Part shown: piece after piece, positions 39,894 to 50,522 of the stretch | Position numbering within the stretch: the first letter of the stretch is position 1 | How the letters are laid out: each line of letters opens with the position of its first letter | Assembly: GCA_965222225.1 (NCBI GenBank) | Contig: CBDCTK010000002.1 | Location: 4,768,001-4,832,000, forward strand | Source: Candidatus Poribacteria bacterium | GTDB taxonomy: Bacteria; Poribacteria; WGA-4E; JAJDTR01 | Length of the DNA: 64,000 nucleotides | Direction: 5' to 3' | The notes under the pieces: model-generated | Databases searched by the model: none | Seen by the model: the letters and a program-made list of their open reading frames with translations, nothing else | Told to the model about the DNA's origin: nothing | Translations under genes and position numbers: made by a program

Positions 39894-40772
39894 CTAACCG
39901 GACGCATACGGTTCTAATCGGATAAGCCGCGAGGCGCCATCAAAGCCCGCATTGGTAACATATTGAAATCGTCCAGCCCGATAGGCGTCCGCGTGCGAGA
40001 AATGAACGTGCCCGCAAAATATCGCGGCTATGTTATCAGACGCTCCCTCTGTTAAGAACCTGTGGAACTCCAATGTCGTTTCATTTGGGAGTAATTCCGG
40101 TTTGGCTGCCCTCGTTTCTTCCGTCCAACCCTCCGTAGCCGCCATCATGAGCGGTGTTTTCCATCGCTCAAGAACGGGGAACATGAGCGTATGAATAAAG
40201 ATGGGAATGTGAATAAACAACAAGCAGGGAGTCCCGGTTGCCAACTGGTCTTTGAAGAAACGCATTTGCGCGATTGAAATATGGTAGTTGCTGTTATCAA
40301 GGGCAATTAGTTTGACACCACCAATCTCTTTCACCTGGCATTGTGGCTCTCCATCAATTAACCCCGCAAAGCGAGGACAGTATTCGTCTCGGGTCGCATC
40401 GTTCCACTGCAGAAATGGAAAATGCCAGTCATGATTTCCTAACGTATAGAGATATGGCGAGGAAAGCGTCGTTACGCCGTCTGCAATCACATCAATCGCC
40501 GCCCAAGAAGGAAAATTGGTAATGTCGCCGGTCAAGATTGTCGCGTCAACTCCCGATTCATTGCTTCGGGCAAGTGCTTCAACGAAGTGCTTGTGCGCTG
40601 TCGGACGCTTCGACTCCCCCAATTGTATCAATTTTAACGCTTCAGGATCACGTTCATCAGCGAGGTTCAAGTGCGAGTCGGTAACGTGCATTAGCGTTAC
40701 TGACTGACGCAATCCCTCAATCTGAATCACTGTTTCAGTCGGGTGTTCCGGGTGAAGATGAGATATTTTCAT
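39894..40772 (-). CDS. Calcineurin-like metallophosphoesterase
   Basis: DSH, GD, GNHD, H and GHVH motifs. Confidence 0.88.
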   Translation of the reverse strand: MKISHLHPEHPTETVIQIEGLRQSVTLMHVTDSHLNLADERDPEALKLIQLGESKRPTAHKHFVEALARSNESGVDATILTGDITNFPSWAAIDVIADGVTTLSSPYLYTLGNHDWHFPFLQWNDATRDEYCPRFAGLIDGEPQCQVKEIGGVKLIALDNSNYHISIAQMRFFKDQLATGTPCLLFIHIPIFIHTLMFPVLERWKTPLMMAATEGWTEETRAAKPELLPNETTLEFHRFLTEGASDNIAAIFCGHVHFSHADAYRAGRFQYVTNAGFDGASRLIRLEPYASG

Positions 40773-41124
40773 GGGCGGCGTACTCCTTAAAATGAACGAT
40801 TGCCTCGCTAATTAGCACTGCTTTGATTCGGTATTAGTTCTCCCGCTAACGATAATTAGAGTAAATGTGTTACAGGACAATGGCATTCTCATATCTTTTT
40901 TGTGTCGGAAGGCTTTGATTTAAGAGCTCATTTCACTTCACATCATCGCCGAGAAATTCGCGTTGACTGGACAACGAATGCGGGCTAAAATACGCTATAT
41001 CACGCCCGGTAACCAAAGCCGTTTATCCAGCGCCGCGCCCGATTGATGTTTACATGATGTTGAAGATGTCATAACAAAACGCATAATATAAAAAGAATAT
41101 TCCTCGGAACGGACCCACCCCAAT

Positions 41125-42375
41125 TTGACGACAAACATGCACAGCGCCACATCCTACCTACACCTACTGAGGAATTCCAGCCGCAACGTGCGTCTTTACT
41201 TTATCACCGCTAGTTTAATCGGTTTTACACTTGAAGGAGGGCATGCCCTCTTATTCAATCTGTATCTACTACGATTAGGTTACGGACCAGAATTCATTGG
41301 TCTAATCAACGGCATTGGCATGTGTGCATTCGCCAGCTGTAGCTTGCCTGCTGGCAGGTTAACCCAGCGCTGGGGATGCCGCCGGATGATGCTCACGGGA
41401 TTAATCTTGATTATTGTAGGGTATGGACTACTGCTTTTGGTCGAATTGGAACCCGGTATGTGGCGGAACAGTTGGTTGATAGCCACCCATGTAGTCATTG
41501 CTGTTGGTGCCGCGGTATATTTTGTCAATACCGCCCCGTTCTTGATGAATGCCACCAGTGAGAAGGAACGCAATCATGTCTTTTCGGTCTATGCCGCAAT
41601 CGGATCGCTAGCTGGTTTTACAGGTAACTTGGCGGGCGGCATACTTCCAACTTTTCTCAGCCTGATTCTAGAGGTCCCGCTATCACATCCCGCGCCCTAC
41701 CGTTGGGCATTGTTGATTGCCACGCTACTGCTGCTACCAGCTATCTTGATTGTGCGCGCCACTACGTCCGACTCTCCCCCGAAACGGTCAGCCGGAAAAC
41801 ATTGCGAGGGTGGTTCATCTCGCTTTTCTCTGATTCTGCTGCTGAGCTTCATACGGATGCTGACAATCACCAGTTTGGCGGTGGTGCACTTTTTCTTCAA
41901 CGTTTATTTGGACGCAGAATTGAATGTTTCAATCGCGCACATAGGCCTAATACTGGCAATTGGTAGACTCCTAGCTGTCCCCGCGGCATTGGTTATACCC
42001 ATACTCACGTCGCGCTGGGGAAATGGAGGAGCTTCGCTATGGTCGTCGTTGGGATCAGCGATTAGCTTAATCCCCTTGGCGCTTATTCCTCAATGGAGCG
42101 CTGCGAGTCTTGGATTTGTGGCGGTTATGGTGTTGGCGTCAATTCGGTATCCGACGTTCATGATTTACACGATGGAAGTGGTTTCACCGGAACAACGCGG
42201 CATTGCGTCCGGAGCCGGGGAGATGGCAGCAGGGGTTAGCTTCGCATTTATGGCGCTGAGTGGCGGCTATCTCATTACGGCGTTGGGCTACCACAGTCTT
42301 TTCCTGACGGGAGCAATTTTCACAGGCATTGGAACATTCATATTCTGGCTCAATTTCAGAAATCGGGGGAAATAA
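41125..42375 (+). CDS. MFS transporter
   Basis: 12-TM pattern, LFNLYL, GRLTQRWGCRR motif A. Confidence 0.88.
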   Translation: MTTNMHSATSYLHLLRNSSRNVRLYFITASLIGFTLEGGHALLFNLYLLRLGYGPEFIGLINGIGMCAFASCSLPAGRLTQRWGCRRMMLTGLILIIVGYGLLLLVELEPGMWRNSWLIATHVVIAVGAAVYFVNTAPFLMNATSEKERNHVFSVYAAIGSLAGFTGNLAGGILPTFLSLILEVPLSHPAPYRWALLIATLLLLPAILIVRATTSDSPPKRSAGKHCEGGSSRFSLILLLSFIRMLTITSLAVVHFFFNVYLDAELNVSIAHIGLILAIGRLLAVPAALVIPILTSRWGNGGASLWSSLGSAISLIPLALIPQWSAASLGFVAVMVLASIRYPTFMIYTMEVVSPEQRGIASGAGEMAAGVSFAFMALSGGYLITALGYHSLFLTGAIFTGIGTFIFWLNFRNRGK

Positions 42376-42446
42376 ACTAGGCGCGATAAATTGTCTAAAA
42401 CCCACCACATAGCCGGTATTCCTTCCAGCAGATTCTACTCTTTTAG

Positions 42447-42803
42447 CTAGCTGAGGTGTAGGACGATTTCGCCGTCTTCAACCGTAACAGGGTAAGTCTT
42501 GGCTTGAAGACGCGAATCATAAAGCGCTTTACCCGTTCTCAGGTCAAACTCCCACTGGTGCCATGGACACTTGAGAACTTCGCCGATTCCTTCATGCTTA
42601 AGTTGATACACGTCGGGCGAAGTTACATGGGGTCGAATCCGCCCTTGGCAAAGGGGACCACCTTTGTGCGGACAGAGGTTCTTAAGCGCGTAAAAACAGC
42701 CTTTGACGTTAAACACGCCAATCCCGCTGTCACTGCCGACTGGTACCAGTTTTCTCTCGCCGGGAGGCAGCTCCTTCACTTTTCCAACCACATGACGCTG
42801 CAT
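42447..42803 (-). CDS. Rieske [2Fe-2S] ferredoxin
   Basis: CPH...CPWH. Confidence 0.93.
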   Translation of the reverse strand: MQRHVVGKVKELPPGERKLVPVGSDSGIGVFNVKGCFYALKNLCPHKGGPLCQGRIRPHVTSPDVYQLKHEGIGEVLKCPWHQWEFDLRTGKALYDSRLQAKTYPVTVEDGEIVLHLS

Positions 42804-42818
42804 CGTAAATCTGCTCCC

Positions 42819-44477
42819 TCAATCTATCAGATCAGATAGTTGCTTCAACTCAAACAGCGGTCCGCGTCGCAAGATATTTGACAATCGTATTGAGGTATCA
42901 CCTCTTTTAGGCTCCATAGTAGTTCCAGTTTCTCTAAAAACAATATACCCTTTTTGAAAATCTAGAGTCTTAATCCGTAACTTAAATCTTTCTGACGAGA
43001 ACTGACTCAGATCTAACATATATACTTCATATTTGCGTCCTTGCTCCCGTATGTCAGACAGGCTTGCACGAACCAAATGAATAAGCCTCCCATCCATTAG
43101 TTCCCTGATTATACGATATTCATCAGGCTGATCATCTCTGTCCCGAAAGTCGATACGGAAAAAAGTGCAACTATTTTCCTTACAAAATGTCCGAATGTAA
43201 TCGAGGCCTTTGATTCTATTTGACATGCCTTCATTTGAAGCACCGTCCTCCTCTAGTTCCGTGATCTTAATCTCTGCTATCTCACCAGCAGACCTTCCGA
43301 CATCTTGGACACCAACAATCCGAGACTTTTCTCTTGTTCGTGCTTGATTTATTGCGTTGGCACTTAAAGTGAGATAGTCGCGTGGCACTGCTCCAGACGC
43401 GAGAACGAGTCGATCAAGTGCTGTAGAGGAAAAAATATTTGACAGAGTTGAAATTCCAACGCGCTTTGCGTAGCTCAAAAAGACTTGCTCAAGGAAAGCT
43501 TTCGCTCGTGAAGGGGTTTCCAATGTTACACCTAAATCAATGTGATCAGCATCATGCCCGGTTTGTAGTCCAAGGGGTGGCTTTGATTGAAACCAGCGTG
43601 TGAGGTGTCTAATTCCTGCAACTTTAAGCCACGCATCAGAATCACGTACCGCACTGTGGACTAAATCCAAGAGCATAGGCTGTTCTGCACTTGGTAAATA
43701 GTGAAGGTCATCAAGGAAGATATAAAATTGGGTCCCATTTGTATCAGCGAATCGACGAATGACTTTTTGCATGTAGGGTATGAGCTTATTTACTTCATTA
43801 GCGGAGATGTTTTGTTTTGCGTGCAGATTCTCGGTATCGTCTCGTAATTTCGAGATTAAGTTTAGGCTTAGAGGTATGTTCTCTCTTTGTGAATAAAAAA
43901 CTTGCATTTGTTCGCACACATTTAGACAAATCCACACAAAAATTCTCTCCACGGATTCCCTACTATGTGTGTGAATGTTAACCCAAGATGTCAGACAGCC
44001 TTCCCGCTCCACACGTTGTTTTGCCTCGACCATGAGTGCTGTTTTCCCCGTACCTCGCCTGCCAAAAATCAGATGATGCCGAGGTGTGATAGCTGTCAAT
44101 ATGTTCTGGGCTGTATCAGGAACATAAGCTAAACTCGGCTGTGCTTCCGATGTTCGCGCTCTAGCAATTAGAAGGCCGGCAAGTTTTGTGGCTTTAAGAT
44201 TCTGCACTCCATCTTTGAGACGAGTCACTACGTTTTTTGCTTCTCGTTCCAACTTACGCACTACTACAAAACCGTTGAATCCTTTTTGGGAAAGTTCAGG
44301 ATCAAGCGAATTGCCAACCATTGCAGCTTTGTCGAAATCATCTTCAGTGACATACACAACGAAGATACTTTCCTCCGGGTAGTCTTTCCTTTCGATTGAC
44401 TGTATTTCAATTCCGGCTTCAGAAAATTGGTTTTGAATAATAGTCTCTGTGTCCATCGGGAGTTGAAATTGTGTCAT
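42819..44477 (-). CDS. P-loop NTPase (STAND / ORC-Cdc6-like) with a small N-terminal alpha/beta domain
   Basis: Walker A GRRGTGKT, Walker B FYIFLDD, SGAVPRD; ATG 44477 overlaps the upstream TGA (ATGA). Confidence 0.8.
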   Translation of the reverse strand: MTQFQLPMDTETIIQNQFSEAGIEIQSIERKDYPEESIFVVYVTEDDFDKAAMVGNSLDPELSQKGFNGFVVVRKLEREAKNVVTRLKDGVQNLKATKLAGLLIARARTSEAQPSLAYVPDTAQNILTAITPRHHLIFGRRGTGKTALMVEAKQRVEREGCLTSWVNIHTHSRESVERIFVWICLNVCEQMQVFYSQRENIPLSLNLISKLRDDTENLHAKQNISANEVNKLIPYMQKVIRRFADTNGTQFYIFLDDLHYLPSAEQPMLLDLVHSAVRDSDAWLKVAGIRHLTRWFQSKPPLGLQTGHDADHIDLGVTLETPSRAKAFLEQVFLSYAKRVGISTLSNIFSSTALDRLVLASGAVPRDYLTLSANAINQARTREKSRIVGVQDVGRSAGEIAEIKITELEEDGASNEGMSNRIKGLDYIRTFCKENSCTFFRIDFRDRDDQPDEYRIIRELMDGRLIHLVRASLSDIREQGRKYEVYMLDLSQFSSERFKLRIKTLDFQKGYIVFRETGTTMEPKRGDTSIRLSNILRRGPLFELKQLSDLID

Positions 44478-44998
44478 AATATGCACCCATTGCTTCGTAG
44501 GTTAGTACGAGTTGTGAATAGGAATAGGTCTGCATCCTTTTTGAGCTGAAGGGCATCGGGCTTCCACGCCGTGTTCGATTTTGGATATGGTTCATAATCC
44601 GCACGATTCCTAAGATCGCGGGCGTCTTTTAACATATTCTGCCAGTTGTGACCAGAGGGAAAGCCATCTGGTATATACTGTGGAAGCTGGCTGTGCTGTT
44701 CATGATTGTCACCCTGATGATTTACGAACACACACGCTCGCATTGCGTGATACATGGAGTAATAGTATCGACTTATGGCACTTCGATAAAGGGGAGGTTT
44801 AGATTTTAGCAGTTTATTTGCGCTGTGTCGATGTTCATAGGCAAAGTGCCATCGATCTGCAGCAGCCCTGCTTACCAAGTCGGGTATCGCTCGTCCAGAA
44901 TCATTCTGGATGGATACACCTTCTTTCCAACAATTTATCTGTGCATTAGTGGCTCTCGCCAAGCGATTCAGCCGATCATTAGGGAGAACATTTGGCAT
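44474..44998 (-). CDS. HEPN-domain protein
   Basis: RSAISRYYYSMYHAMRA...H...LKDARDLRNRADY, the pattern of MNT-associated HEPN proteins. Confidence 0.85.
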   Translation of the reverse strand: MPNVLPNDRLNRLARATNAQINCWKEGVSIQNDSGRAIPDLVSRAAADRWHFAYEHRHSANKLLKSKPPLYRSAISRYYYSMYHAMRACVFVNHQGDNHEQHSQLPQYIPDGFPSGHNWQNMLKDARDLRNRADYEPYPKSNTAWKPDALQLKKDADLFLFTTRTNLRSNGCIL

Positions 44999-45138
44999 AG
45001 ATTTACTCCGTCAGTTAAAATCCGCTTCATGCCATTTTCAGAAAGTTTTTTGCCTACAAGCACTGGCATAAGCCGCTAACGATTCAAAATATTTATATCG
45101 CAAATCTCGACATACACGAAATCTTCGCCTATCATAAT

Positions 45139-46260
45139 TTATGTCACACGCTCCACAACTGCATCCGTGATTTGCAATCGATGTGCATAGAGATCTCGTG
45201 CATTTTCAGCAAAAACTCGTTGCTTGAGTTCTGCGGAGATGCCGGGCAAGAGGGTTGCGGGATTGTCCCAATCCCAATGGGGATAATCGCTCGCATAGAC
45301 CAGCACTTCGTCAGCATGCAGCCATTCGAGGAATTTCTTCAGGTCGGCGCGAGTTGGCGGCTGCTCCATCGGTTGAGTGCCGAAACGGATGTGTCCTCGG
45401 ATGTATTCGCTCGGTAGCCTTTTGACCCAAGGCGTGTAATCTCGCACCGACTTCCAATCCGCATCCATATGCCACATCAGCCCCGGCACCCAGAATGTGT
45501 CGTGCTCAACAAAAAGGAATTTCAAGCGCGGGAACTTCTCAAATACTCCCTCACAGATTAAACTGACGACGTGAGCCATCGCAATCTGCGGCCGTGACAT
45601 ACGCATCTCAAGATAATAGGAAGGGTAACCGGCAGCGGTAGGCGCGTTGGACACTCCCGATCCTTCGGCTCCGAAGTGCACGCACACGGGGAGTCCGTGT
45701 TCTTCAGCCGCTTCGTAAATCGGGTGGTAAAACCGGTTGCCGAAAGGCATTCGAGCGCCTGCCGGCATGATTACCTCAAACACGCTGGGATTGTCGCCTA
45801 ACCTATGAATCTCCTCTGCCGCCTGGCGCGGGTCTGTCGGCGCAATCGCAATCGACGCCCTGAACCGTGAGTCCGCCTCAATCCACGTGTTCAATGTCCA
45901 GTCGTTAAACGCACGGCACATTGCAGTCGCATAATCCGAATCGGGATGAACCGCGGCACCATAAACTGTGGCTCCCGTCAACACGGCGATATCGATTCCG
46001 TACGCGTCGAGATGCACCTGTCGAGTTTGTTCGATATTCGCCTGCGGATCTTTACCCTCGGCTTCCCACAACTCCGCACGCCTGCCCTTTTGCGGCAAGT
46101 TAGTATAACCGACCCCGGGCATCATAATGCCAAAGTCTTCGATATACTCCACATAATGCGTTGGAAGGTACGGATATAGGTCTTTGACGCTTGAGACCTC
46201 ATGGTGAACATCACAATCAATAATGTTGATAGCAGTACCGAGGCGTTGCGGGGTTGTCAT
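45139..46260 (-). CDS. Amidohydrolase_2 family protein
   Basis: IDCDVH, RAFNDW, LPVCVH, YASDYPHWD. Confidence 0.9.
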   Translation of the reverse strand: MTTPQRLGTAINIIDCDVHHEVSSVKDLYPYLPTHYVEYIEDFGIMMPGVGYTNLPQKGRRAELWEAEGKDPQANIEQTRQVHLDAYGIDIAVLTGATVYGAAVHPDSDYATAMCRAFNDWTLNTWIEADSRFRASIAIAPTDPRQAAEEIHRLGDNPSVFEVIMPAGARMPFGNRFYHPIYEAAEEHGLPVCVHFGAEGSGVSNAPTAAGYPSYYLEMRMSRPQIAMAHVVSLICEGVFEKFPRLKFLFVEHDTFWVPGLMWHMDADWKSVRDYTPWVKRLPSEYIRGHIRFGTQPMEQPPTRADLKKFLEWLHADEVLVYASDYPHWDWDNPATLLPGISAELKQRVFAENARDLYAHRLQITDAVVERVT

Positions 46261-46580
46261 CCTAATCTCCTTCCACGTCTGTCGACGTGATTGAAATCCG
46301 GGCTGGGTATGCTATTGTACCATTATGGAAAGTCTTTGATCAAACCAATTCCTTGAAGTCAAGCCACAAGCATGCCCTGTTGAAATGGCAACCGCGAAAG
46401 CAGATACAAGACAGCACCGGATGTTATTCTGTAACTGAGATTTTTGTTGCGACTCCCACTTGCCTGTGTTAGAATGAAAATTTGAAAGACCGAATCCCTC
46501 ACTCTTTCCCGTGTTGAACCAGCGTGTAATGACGATGGATTAACCTTTAGCGTGGTGTGGATGATAGTCTCGAATGTTGA

Positions 46581-47149
46581 ATGCGGCGATGCACTCGTTC
46601 GATCGTCGAATCGCTTGCGTATGACATCATGCTATCGAGAGGGGGAAACGGGACGATTTGTTATCCACTGTTCTATTACTCGTACGGAAATATGGACCCG
46701 GTGCTCGAAATGCTTGAGCATCCGAGAACGGTGCTTGGCTTGAGCGATGGTGGCGCCCACTGCGGGGTGATAAGCGATGTTTCGATGCCAACGTACATGT
46801 TATAACTCACTGGATAAGAGACCGTAAGCGCGGTCGGCGTATTTCCCTTGAGCAGGCTGTGAAATGTCAGACTAGCGAGACGACGCAAACTTATGGATTA
46901 CTTGACCGCGGCATCCTGAAGCCGGGTTATAAGGCTGACGTTAACGTTATCGACTTCGACAACTTGAAAATCCACGCGCCTCGAATTGTCTATGACCTAC
47001 CGGCGAACGGACGGCGTTTAGTTCAGAATGCCTCCGGATATTCGGCGACAATCTGCAATGGCGAGGTGATTTTTGAAGATGGCGAAGCCACCGGGGCGAT
47101 GCCCGGCCGTGTGTTACGCGGAACTCAAGCAGCACCTAGCCAGAGCTAA
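46581..47149 (+). pseudogene. C-terminal remnant of a D-aminoacylase-like amidohydrolase
   Basis: GLSDGGAH, frameshift near 46800, then THW...GLLDRGILKPGYKADVNVIDF; N-terminal majority absent. Confidence 0.8.
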
Positions 47150-47354
47150 ATTCCGACATCTTCTTTCTGATCCGGCTGTCTAGACGACTTCCAAAGCCGG
47201 TCTAGTATGTTGCCAAATCCCTCCTCTGCTTGCTATAGGCTCAAGGTTCAGAGCGACGGTTAGCGGGGAAATAATCTTCAGCGCAAGCAGTAGTCAAAAT
47301 CAATCTTGAAACGAGAAGCTTGAAATACCAACTCTATTCGGAGAAAAGAATCGT

Positions 47355-49298
47355 ATGAGCACACTAATTATCGCGGTGCTGAGTTTTGTGGGATTTATTG
47401 CCGCATACCACACCTACGGTAAATGGTTAGCTAGAAAAATCTTTGGCTTAAACCCGGACCGGACGGTGCCAAGTCAAGAATTACGCGACGATGTCGACTA
47501 CGTACCTACAAAGAAAGAAGTCATCTTCGGACACCATTTTACGAGCATTGCGGGGACAGGGCCCATCGTTGGACCAGCAATTGCGGTCTTCTGGGGATGG
47601 TTACCGGCTTTGCTCTGGGTAGTCCTCGGATCAATCTTCATTGGAGCCGTGCACGACTTTGGTGCACTGGTGGTGTCCCTACGCAATCGCGGGCAAACCG
47701 TGGGCGACATTGCCGGACGGATGATTACACCGCGCGCCAAACTCCTGTTCCTAATCGTCCTATTCATGGCATTGTCCGTGGTCTTAGCCATTTTCGGTCT
47801 AGTCATCGCCATCATCTTCGCCCTTTACCCGGAATCAGTATTGTCAGTGTGGATAGAAATTCCGCTTGCGGTAGGCATCGGTGTCTGGATTTACCGGCGG
47901 AGTGGAAATATCTTGGTGCCATCCATCATTGCACTCGGAATCATGTATCTCGGCATGGGCGTGGGAGCTTATCTTCTTCCGATAGATCTCTCGGCATGGC
48001 TCGGTATCCCACTATTCGGTCAAATCGGTCAAACATTTGTGAATGTGGTGGTCGTTTGGACACTGATTCTGTTTGTCTACTGTTTTATTGCGTCCGTCCT
48101 TCCTGTCTGGACGTTGCTCCAACCTCGTGACTTCATCAACAGTCATGAATTAATTTTGGCACTCGTGCTGCTAGTCTTGGGCATTGTTGTCGCCGGTTTT
48201 ACGGGTGGTGCAGATCTGTTCGCGTCCGCGCCCGCTGTCGCGCCCGACATCCCGCCCGACGCACCTCCGATCTGGCCCTTTCTTTTCATCACAATCGCCT
48301 GTGGCGCGATAAGCGGTTTTCACTGCATGGTAAGTTCCGGCACTTCTAGCAAGCAGGTTGCATCGGAGAAGGACGCCCAATACGTCGGCTACGGCGCAAT
48401 GTTGCTTGAAGGCGGACTCGCCGTAATCGTGATTATCGCCTGCTGCGCGGGAATCGGAATGGGGTTGTTCCAGAGAAGCGGCACAGGAGCAAATTATAGC
48501 TTTCAACCCGTTCTAAACTCCGAAACCGGTCAACAGTTGAGGCATCGAGAAGCCTGGAGGACGCGCTACGCCACAACGCGGACAGTTATCAACGCGAATG
48601 GTGAGACAACAACTGAAGGCACTTGGAAAAGCCATAAACTTGGACAGAAGGTGGGCGCTTTTATCGACGGATCCGCCAATTTCCTTGCCAGTCTCGGAAT
48701 TCCGCTGAAGATGAGTGTGGCAATCATGGCGGTGCTTGTGGCGAGTTTTGCCGCAACAACTCTGGATACGGCGACTCGGCTGCAACGCTATGTGATTCAG
48801 GAGCTCGCACAAACTGCCAAGATTAAACCGTTGACCAATCGTTACCTCGCAACTGCCCTTGCGCTATTCGTTGGCGGCGTTATCGCACTCATGCCAGGAC
48901 CAAGTGGCCCCGGGAGCGGCGGGCTTATCCTCTGGCCCCTGTTCGGCGCAATTAATCAACTGCTCGCTGGATTGGCTTTCATGGTAATCGTCTTCTATCT
49001 GCTACGGCGAAATAAACCAATCTGGTTTGCCGTGCTCCCGATGATAGCCATGCTGGTTATGCCGGCATGGGCAATACTCTGGCAGATGTTTAACCCGAAT
49101 GGCTGGTGGGCACAGAAGAATTACCTGCTGTTTGGGTTTGGCTTGACAGTTGAAGCGCTGCAAGTGTGGATGATTACGGAAGGACTGCTTATCTGGAAAA
49201 AGGCGCGTGGCAATTACCCGGAACTTCCGCCCCTGGAAGCCGTAAGCGCTGCGGGAGGCAGCCCCGCATACGCCCATCCAGCGCAGGAAGGAGATTAG
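47355..49298 (+). CDS. cstA: Carbon starvation protein A family transporter
   Basis: FGHHFTSIAGTGPIVGP, FITIACGAISGFH, TTLDTATRL, LWPLFGAINQLLA. Confidence 0.93.
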   Translation: MSTLIIAVLSFVGFIAAYHTYGKWLARKIFGLNPDRTVPSQELRDDVDYVPTKKEVIFGHHFTSIAGTGPIVGPAIAVFWGWLPALLWVVLGSIFIGAVHDFGALVVSLRNRGQTVGDIAGRMITPRAKLLFLIVLFMALSVVLAIFGLVIAIIFALYPESVLSVWIEIPLAVGIGVWIYRRSGNILVPSIIALGIMYLGMGVGAYLLPIDLSAWLGIPLFGQIGQTFVNVVVVWTLILFVYCFIASVLPVWTLLQPRDFINSHELILALVLLVLGIVVAGFTGGADLFASAPAVAPDIPPDAPPIWPFLFITIACGAISGFHCMVSSGTSSKQVASEKDAQYVGYGAMLLEGGLAVIVIIACCAGIGMGLFQRSGTGANYSFQPVLNSETGQQLRHREAWRTRYATTRTVINANGETTTEGTWKSHKLGQKVGAFIDGSANFLASLGIPLKMSVAIMAVLVASFAATTLDTATRLQRYVIQELAQTAKIKPLTNRYLATALALFVGGVIALMPGPSGPGSGGLILWPLFGAINQLLAGLAFMVIVFYLLRRNKPIWFAVLPMIAMLVMPAWAILWQMFNPNGWWAQKNYLLFGFGLTVEALQVWMITEGLLIWKKARGNYPELPPLEAVSAAGGSPAYAHPAQEGD

Positions 49299-49350
49299 GT
49301 AAGACTTCACATTCTTCGAGCCGTGCCAACTCCAGCCAAAGAAATATACC

Positions 49351-49386
49351 CGGGTACGAAAGATTTTAATTCGTCTCTCGTACCCG
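49351..49386. terminator. Hairpin between convergent genes
   Basis: cgggtacga...tcgtacccg. Confidence 0.4.
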
Positions 49387-49394
49387 CGTAAAAC

Positions 49395-50390
49395 TTATTG
49401 TCGTTTGACCGAAAACACGCCTGCCGGGCAGCAACGCATCACGAGAATTGTCAAGGCGCCGAAAACCAGGTAACGCAGGCTACTGAATTGGATTGGCAAT
49501 AACAGCCGCAAAACCTCGCTCACAAGCCCAATAACTCCCGCCCCGATAATCGCGCCCCTAATGTTGCCCCTCCCGCCAAGCACTACCATGCACAGCACCA
49601 GGATGGATTCCCAAGGGGCAAATGCGTCGGGGTTAATGTTGGCACGAAACTGGGCGAAAAACGCACCGCCAATAGCGCCAATCGCCGCACTGATTGCAAA
49701 TCCAACGAAACAGTAAGACTGTCGCAGTCGTGGTTCTGCATTTTCCGCTACATCCGTACGCTCACCTGAGTCTGTCAAAACAATCCGCGAATTGGACAGA
49801 CGATAAGCAACGAACACCGTGAGAGCTAGAAGGCAAAGAATGTGATAGTAGTGTTGCCAGTTATAGTAAAGTTCATGTCCGAAGATAATTGGTGCAGGAA
49901 TACCGTACACGGTCCCGTCCGCCGCTCCAATGGACTCACCGCCATGTTTCACGAAAACGTAAAGCACTCCGGCAATCGCGAAGGTCGCAACGGCAAAATA
50001 AACCCCTCGAAGCCACAAAGTGAGCGCCGCGCGTAACAGCCCCCACACCGCGCCGTGAATCGCCGCTAGAACCAAGACAATCCAATAATTCCATCCCAAT
50101 TTCGTCATCAATAAACCCGCCGTATATCCGCCAACGAGATAGAACGCGGCAAAGCCAACGTCCGGGCGCCGCAAATTCCCCACCACGAGATTTAGTCCGA
50201 CAGCTAGCAACATATAGAGATACAGTTCTGTCAGCACTCGTAGCACACTGCTGCTGCCAAATGGCAGCGGCAAGTAAATCCCGCGCGTCGATAGCCATTG
50301 CAGAACGAGATCCATGCCGTAGGTCAACAATGGGATAAGAAACACAATTGCCACAAACGTGGCTGTCTTAGGTGATAGTTTGTCGCGCAT
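49395..50390 (-). CDS. LivM-like branched-chain amino acid ABC permease (divergent, orphan)
   Basis: LAVGLNLVVG, LRGVYFAVATFA, MVVLGGRGNIRGAIIGA. Confidence 0.75.
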   Translation of the reverse strand: MRDKLSPKTATFVAIVFLIPLLTYGMDLVLQWLSTRGIYLPLPFGSSSVLRVLTELYLYMLLAVGLNLVVGNLRRPDVGFAAFYLVGGYTAGLLMTKLGWNYWIVLVLAAIHGAVWGLLRAALTLWLRGVYFAVATFAIAGVLYVFVKHGGESIGAADGTVYGIPAPIIFGHELYYNWQHYYHILCLLALTVFVAYRLSNSRIVLTDSGERTDVAENAEPRLRQSYCFVGFAISAAIGAIGGAFFAQFRANINPDAFAPWESILVLCMVVLGGRGNIRGAIIGAGVIGLVSEVLRLLLPIQFSSLRYLVFGALTILVMRCCPAGVFSVKRQ

Positions 50391-50455
50391 AATGATTTTG
50401 GATGGTGCACATCTCGTTCACTGCCAAGAGATGCGTGATGAAATAAGCGGAGGGA

Positions 50456-50494
50456 TTAAGAAACCGAGTCGTCGGAAAAAACTCGGTTTCTTAA
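50456..50494. repeat. Palindromic REP-like or terminator hairpin
   Basis: ttaagaaaccgagt...actcggtttcttaa, 14-bp stem. Confidence 0.55.
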
Positions 50495-50522
50495 GAGTGT
50501 GAAAAATTTCTGACTTGCCGTT

